NCBI GenBank assembly: GCA_965209055.1
Contig: OZ242374.1
Span: 3,552,001-3,616,000 of the forward strand
From: Acidobacteriota bacterium
GTDB taxonomy: Bacteria > Acidobacteriota > UBA6911 > RPQK01 > JAJDTT01
DNA: 64,000 nt
Reading direction: 5' to 3'
The notes below the pieces were generated by a model that saw only the letters and a list, made by a program, of their open reading frames with translations, was not told where the DNA came from and ran no database searches. Positions 58,956 through 64,000 of the stretch are shown in pieces. The translations under genes and the position numbers were made by a program. Position 1 is the first letter of the stretch. Every line of letters begins with the position of its first letter.

Positions 58956-60194
58956 TCAAGCCTCCGCGGCGAGCCTGGCCACGGTGGCCCAGAGTCCCGA
59001 GGGGAGGTATTTGTCCCATCCCGACCAGCTCTCGATGGAGGTGGACTCCCAGAGGACGACGGCCCGGGCTCCCGCTTCACCAGCCGCCCGAACACCCGCT
59101 TCCAACCGCGCCGAACCCTCCACGAGTCCGAGCTGGTCCATGTTGTAGCAGTAGAGTCCGGCCAGGATGCCGCTTCCGCCGCCGGACGAGCGCCTGGCGT
59201 GGCGGATCTGGCGTTTCACCTCCTCCGTGTCGAGGCGGGCCAGATTCCATTCGGGCAACATGATGTGCGCCTCCCGGCACAGGCCCCCGGCGAGCCACGA
59301 CGTCCAGTCCACCAGCGCGCCCCGCAAGGCGTCGGTCCGGATCCTCCAGAGGCTCGTCTCCTCCAGGAGTCCGTCACGGACGTAGCGGGGCCAGTCGGGA
59401 AGGACCTGGCTGAGCGGGCTCTCCGGCGACACCAGTACGCTCACCGGGTATTCGCCACTGCTGTTCCTCGGCTGCCGGTTGAGCTCCGCCATGAACCGGG
59501 TGACGTACCCGGCCCGGTGCCGGATCCAGGCATCGCTGTGGTTGGGCTGCTCCCTGGGATCGACTCCGTGGGTCCGCCGGTAACTCTCCAGGGCAGGCTC
59601 CTCATAGCCGTAACGGCAGACGCCGTGGAGGTCCAGTTGCGGAGGCAGGTTCTCGTCGATCCGGGGCAACTGGCGGACGAAATCCAGCAGAACGCCCCGG
59701 AAGCCGTAGGACATGAGCTCTTCGACCACGGCCAGCTTGTGGCGGCGCACCTCCGGATAGGCGAAGCTGAGCCGGGAGGATCTGCGATGACCGTCCCGGG
59801 CCACCGCGTGGAACTCCGGATGCTCCCGGGCAAAGCGGGTCAGCGAAACCTGGCCGTGGGACTCTTCGTAGGGGCTGTACCAGGCCCAGGGCTCCAAACC
59901 GGCTCCGAGTGTGCACTCCACGGCCTCTTCCAGCAGGTTCCAGGTCGAGTAGTCGGTTTCGGCCAGGGTGACCTTCCAGTATTCGGGGACCTCGCACGCT
60001 TCCCGGTCCTCACCCCGAAAGGTGTCCTCGAGACGGCTGGGGTAGAAGACCCGGGAGCCGCAGTTGGCTCGCCAGTAGACCCTGCGGATTCCTGCGGCGG
60101 CGCAGGCGTCCGCGATCCTGCGGACTCCGACCCTCCCCCAATTGCCCCAGGCGGCGGCCCAATCGGGGTGCGTGACGACGGTGTCGATGATCAT
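58956..60194 (-). CDS. GHL10-like TIM-barrel hypothetical protein
   Basis: GIRRVYWR, LSFAYPEVRRHKL, GFRGVLLDFVR, YGYEEP. Confidence 0.6.
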   Translation of the reverse strand: MIIDTVVTHPDWAAAWGNWGRVGVRRIADACAAAGIRRVYWRANCGSRVFYPSRLEDTFRGEDREACEVPEYWKVTLAETDYSTWNLLEEAVECTLGAGLEPWAWYSPYEESHGQVSLTRFAREHPEFHAVARDGHRRSSRLSFAYPEVRRHKLAVVEELMSYGFRGVLLDFVRQLPRIDENLPPQLDLHGVCRYGYEEPALESYRRTHGVDPREQPNHSDAWIRHRAGYVTRFMAELNRQPRNSSGEYPVSVLVSPESPLSQVLPDWPRYVRDGLLEETSLWRIRTDALRGALVDWTSWLAGGLCREAHIMLPEWNLARLDTEEVKRQIRHARRSSGGGSGILAGLYCYNMDQLGLVEGSARLEAGVRAAGEAGARAVVLWESTSIESWSGWDKYLPSGLWATVARLAAEA

Positions 60195-60198
60195 CGAT

Positions 60199-61260
60199 TC
60201 AAGTGAGCGCCGGGTCGGCTCCCAGCTCCCGGAAATCGCGGATCAGGGCATCCACGTCCTCGTTCCGGGTGTCCCAACTGCACATGAAGCGGGCGGCGCC
60301 GCCGGGCATGATTCCCACCGTCCAGCCCCGATTCCTGAGGGCCGCCGCCAGGGCGGGCCGGAGCCGAACGAACACGCCGTTGGCTTCCCGGGGATAGGCG
60401 ATGGAGATGCCCTCCAGCCGTCTCAGGCCCCGCTCCAGCCGGGCGGCGCAGGCGTTGGCGTGCCGGGCGTTGCGAAGCCAGGCGCCGCTCTTGAGCAGGG
60501 CCGTCCAGGGCGCCGACAGGAAACGCATCTTGGAAGCGACTTGGCCCGATTGCTTCCAACGGTACTCGAAGCCCGAGGCCAGCTCCCGATCGAAGAAGAC
60601 CACGGCCTCCCCCTGGGGCAGTCCGTTCTTGGTGCAGCCGAAGGAGAGGACGTCGACCCCCGCTCTCCAGGTCGTGTCGGCCGGCTCGCAACCCAGGTGG
60701 ACCAGGGCGTTCGCCAGACGGGCCCCGTCCATGTGGACGCGGAGCCCCAGTTCCCGGCAAAGACGCGAGATCTCCCGCAGCCGCTCCAGGCTGTAGACGG
60801 TTCCCGCCTCCGTGGCCTGGGTCAGGCTGACGAGCCGCGGCGCGGGATACTGGAAGTCGCGGGTCCGAGTCTCGACCGCGTTCCGGATGCCGGCGGCGTC
60901 CAGTTTCCCGTGCTCTCCGGGTAGGGGCAGCACTTTGGAGCCGCCGCTGAAGAACTCGGGCCCGCCGCATTCCCCCAGGTCGAGATGGGCTGTCTCATGG
61001 CAGATGGCCAGCTCATAGCTGCGGCAGAGGTGAGCCACGGCCAGCGAATTGGCGGCCGAACCGGTGAAGACGAAGTAGACGAGGCAATCGGTGGCGAAAA
61101 TGTCCTGAATCGCGGCGCGCGCCTCCTGGGTATGGGAGTCGAAGCCGTAGGCGGGAGCGTGTCCCCGATTGGCGCGGTCCAGCGCCTCCCAGGCTTCGGG
61201 GCAGATTCCCGCATTCGTGTCGCTCGCGAAACCGCGAATCCGGCTATTCCGTATCGTCAT
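60199..61260 (-). CDS. ltaE: Low-specificity L-threonine aldolase
   Basis: FASD, TGSAANSL, SLTQATEAGTVY, HMDGARLANA, SFGCTKNG, SKMRFL. Confidence 0.85.
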   Translation of the reverse strand: MTIRNSRIRGFASDTNAGICPEAWEALDRANRGHAPAYGFDSHTQEARAAIQDIFATDCLVYFVFTGSAANSLAVAHLCRSYELAICHETAHLDLGECGGPEFFSGGSKVLPLPGEHGKLDAAGIRNAVETRTRDFQYPAPRLVSLTQATEAGTVYSLERLREISRLCRELGLRVHMDGARLANALVHLGCEPADTTWRAGVDVLSFGCTKNGLPQGEAVVFFDRELASGFEYRWKQSGQVASKMRFLSAPWTALLKSGAWLRNARHANACAARLERGLRRLEGISIAYPREANGVFVRLRPALAAALRNRGWTVGIMPGGAARFMCSWDTRNEDVDALIRDFRELGADPALT

Positions 61261-61405
61261 GTCGACTCCGTGCGTTTCGCCGTGCGAGAGGATTCAGCAT
61301 GCTTCCCGGGGTTTCTTGACACGACATGGGGCTTGATAGAGCATTTGCGCAATTCGCATTTCCAAGACGGACCGCGAAGGGCTGGTACGCAGGCGCAGAG
61401 GGCTC

Positions 61406-62572
61406 ATGACCACAGGCATCGACTGGAATCCGAGTCTGGCCGAACTCCCGTTCTCTCCCATTCGCAAGTACTTCAACACCGCGGCCGCCATGGAGGACGT
61501 GGTTCATCTCTCCATCGGCCAGCCCGATTTTCCCACTCCCTCCCACATTGTCGAGGCGCACGTCCAAGCGCTCCGGGAGGGCAAGACACGATATGAATTG
61601 GACGCCGGCCTGCCCCGGCTCCGGGAGGCCGTTGCCGGCTGGTACAACCTCCGTTACGGCATCGAGCTCGGACCCGACAACGTCCTCATCACCACCGGCT
61701 GTTGCCAAGCCATGTTCATGGCTCTCACCGCCGCTGTCAAACCGGGCATGGAGGTGATCGTAGTGGAGCCGGTCTTCATCCTGGTCCACATCATTCGCAT
61801 GGCCGGAGCCATCCCCCGGCCCCTGGTCACCACGGCCGGCGAAGGGTACCAGTTGGATCCGCAGGCGGTGATCGACGCCATCAACGAGCGCACCTGCGCC
61901 ATAATGATCAATTCTCCGGGGAACCCGACGGGGGCCATCTATCCGGCGGAGACGATCCGGGCCATCAGCGAGGCTGCGGCCGAGCGGGGGCTGGCCCTGA
62001 TCAGCGACGAGGTCTACGAGTGCCTCATTCTCGATGACGTGGAGTACGCCAGCGCCTTGACCTGCTCCCCGGCGCTGGATCATGTGATCGTGGCCAGCAG
62101 CGTGTCCAAGACCTACTCCATGGCCGGGCTGCGCCTGGGATGGGCCATCTCCAGCGCCCGGAACATCGTAGACCTTCAGCGTTACCACATGTTCATCAGC
62201 ACCACCGAGAACACGGCTTCCCAGTGGGCCGTGGTGGCGGCTCTGGAAGGGGACCAGGGTTGCGTCGACGAAATGGTCCGGCAATACCGGAGGCGCCGGG
62301 ACCGGATCGTGGAACTGGTGGATCAGACGCCGGCGCTCACCGGCTACACGCCGGGAGGCGCGTTCTTCATCATGCCCTTTCTTCCCGACGGGGCCGATGG
62401 CTTCGAAGTGGCCATGCAGATGCTCCGGGAAGCTCGGGTCTGCACCATCCCGGGGGGCGCATTCGGCCAGTCCTGCAACAACGCCCTGCGCATCAGCTTC
62501 GCCACTTCCATGGACCAGATCGAGAAGGCATTCGAAAGGATGATTCCATGGCTCGAGAAACAATCATTCTGA
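61406..62572 (+). CDS. Class I/II PLP aminotransferase
   Basis: IGQPDFPTP, NSPGNPTG, ISDEVY, SVSKTYSMAGLRLG. Confidence 0.93.
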   Translation: MTTGIDWNPSLAELPFSPIRKYFNTAAAMEDVVHLSIGQPDFPTPSHIVEAHVQALREGKTRYELDAGLPRLREAVAGWYNLRYGIELGPDNVLITTGCCQAMFMALTAAVKPGMEVIVVEPVFILVHIIRMAGAIPRPLVTTAGEGYQLDPQAVIDAINERTCAIMINSPGNPTGAIYPAETIRAISEAAAERGLALISDEVYECLILDDVEYASALTCSPALDHVIVASSVSKTYSMAGLRLGWAISSARNIVDLQRYHMFISTTENTASQWAVVAALEGDQGCVDEMVRQYRRRRDRIVELVDQTPALTGYTPGGAFFIMPFLPDGADGFEVAMQMLREARVCTIPGGAFGQSCNNALRISFATSMDQIEKAFERMIPWLEKQSF

Positions 62573-63543
62573 CCCGCAAGGATATCGGTTCCCGAATCGA
62601 CATCAAGGCCGCCATCCCCGCCATCGAGCACGCCATGGGCGAGTTCGAGCGGGGCAATGACTTCCTTCCCCCCAAGGCCATCTATCCGTTGTCGATTCCC
62701 GGCACCAGCGGCGGGATGGCGGCCTGCATCACCGGCTATACCCAGGCCGCCGACCTGCTTTCCATGAAAGTGGGACAGGAGCGCGCCGACAACCTGGAGT
62801 GGGGCCTGCCCACCACCAACAGCTGGATCGCCGCTTTCGAGCCCCGGACGGGCGAGCTCCTGATGATCTGCGACGGCACGCTGCCCACCATGTACCGCAC
62901 CGGCGCGGCCGCGGCGGTGAGCGCGAAGCATTTGAGCCGGCCCGATTCGGCGGCGCTGGCCGTGATCGGCGCCGGCCAGTTGGGACGCCAGTGTCTGCGG
63001 GCGGTGAGCTCGGTTCGGCCCTTCAGCCGGATCTACCTCCACGATCTGCGCCGGGAGGCGGCCGAGCAGGTGAGCCGCGACCTGGCCGGAGAGGCGCCGG
63101 CGCCGATTCAGGTGGCGGAGGCCGAGGAGGCCTGCCGCGAGGCAGACGTCATCGTGACCGCGACCACCAGCCGCCGGCCCATCGTCCGGTCCCATTGGGT
63201 GCGTCCCGGGACCCACCTCTGCTGCATGGGATCGGATCTGGCCGAGAAGATCGAGTGCGAAATGGAATTGATGCCCCGTTGCCGGCTGTTCGCCGACTTC
63301 GTCGAGCATGCCCTGCTTCGGGGAGAGGCAAGTCAGGCGGTGGAGGCCGGAATTCTGGGACAGGACTGTTATGCCGGCTCGCTGGGCCAGGTCATCAACG
63401 GCGACGTCGCGGGCCGGACCGGCCGGGACCAGATCACCCTCTATGACGGAGTGGGCATCGGCATCCAGGACACGACCATCGCCAGGACCATTTTTCAGCA
63501 GGCTCGCGACCAGGACCTGGGCGTCCACGTGGCCTTTTCCTGA
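62548..63543 (+). CDS. Ornithine cyclodeaminase/mu-crystallin family protein
   Basis: YRTGAAAAV, IGAGQLG, ADVIVTAT, GIGIQD; overlaps upstream gene. Confidence 0.9.
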   Translation: MARETIILTRKDIGSRIDIKAAIPAIEHAMGEFERGNDFLPPKAIYPLSIPGTSGGMAACITGYTQAADLLSMKVGQERADNLEWGLPTTNSWIAAFEPRTGELLMICDGTLPTMYRTGAAAAVSAKHLSRPDSAALAVIGAGQLGRQCLRAVSSVRPFSRIYLHDLRREAAEQVSRDLAGEAPAPIQVAEAEEACREADVIVTATTSRRPIVRSHWVRPGTHLCCMGSDLAEKIECEMELMPRCRLFADFVEHALLRGEASQAVEAGILGQDCYAGSLGQVINGDVAGRTGRDQITLYDGVGIGIQDTTIARTIFQQARDQDLGVHVAFS

Positions 63544-63589
63544 GGCTGTGGACACAGGATCCGCGCGGGGGCACGAACAGGAGGTGCAA

Positions 63590-64000
63590 ATGAAAAGCAG
63601 AAATTGGTCGCGCCGTTTCTTTCTGGGAGCCTTGGCCGCCCTCGCAGGCGCCCGGCTGACGGGCCGGGCGGCCCCGGCGCCGCTGCCGAAAACGACTCGA
63701 GACGATCAGTTGGCTCTACTGGGGGGAACTCCGGTTCGGTCGCAGCCCTTCGCCTCGTGGCCGACCCTCGAGGACGGTGACCGGGAGATCTGGAAGGAGG
63801 TGCTGGAAACGCGGCGTTGGAACCGCCGGCGCGGCAGCTACGTCGACCGTTTCGAGGCGGAATGGAGGAATCGCCTGGGCGCCAGGTACGTGGTGGCCAC
63901 CTCCGGCGGGACCAGCGCCCTCTACACCTCGTTGGTAGCCTTGGGTGTGGGCCCCGGAGACGAGGTCGTCGTGCCCCCCTACACCTTCGTCGCCACCATC
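63590..64000 (+). CDS. DegT/DnrJ/EryC1/StrS aminotransferase with Tat signal (3' truncated; absent from ORF track)
   Basis: AGGAGG RBS; MKSRNWSRRFFLG...LALLGGTPV...SGGTSALYTSLVALGVGPGDEVVVPPYTFVAT. Confidence 0.88.
   Translation, partial: MKSRNWSRRFFLGALAALAGARLTGRAAPAPLPKTTRDDQLALLGGTPVRSQPFASWPTLEDGDREIWKEVLETRRWNRRRGSYVDRFEAEWRNRLGARYVVATSGGTSALYTSLVALGVGPGDEVVVPPYTFVATI

Overview
High-GC bacterial chromosome segment. The gene content (Acidobacteria-type TonB receptor, DUF1549/1553/1501 module, Tat-exported Gfo/Idh/MocA and DegT proteins) suggests an Acidobacteriota- or Planctomycetota-like heterotroph; this is an inference. About 50 CDS, mostly carbohydrate and amino-acid catabolism and transport, plus pyk and glnS. 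Two accessory islets: (i) a low-GC module at ~16.8-19.3 kb with PIN nuclease <- XRE/IrrE metallopeptidase | DUF2188 -> 72-aa protein, closed by a decayed IS end; (ii) a decayed islet at ~46.5-48.1 kb with a phage-type SPFH-like protein, an antitoxin, an amber-interrupted VapC and an McrC/DUF1640 deletion scar. Non-coding structure includes four GGAG-type REP doublets (one tandemly amplified), two small elements with terminal inverted repeats (MITE-like), a perfect sigma54 promoter and two operator-overlapped sigma70 promoters. No rRNA, tRNA or CRISPR seen. All family calls come from motif recognition by eye, with no database searches.
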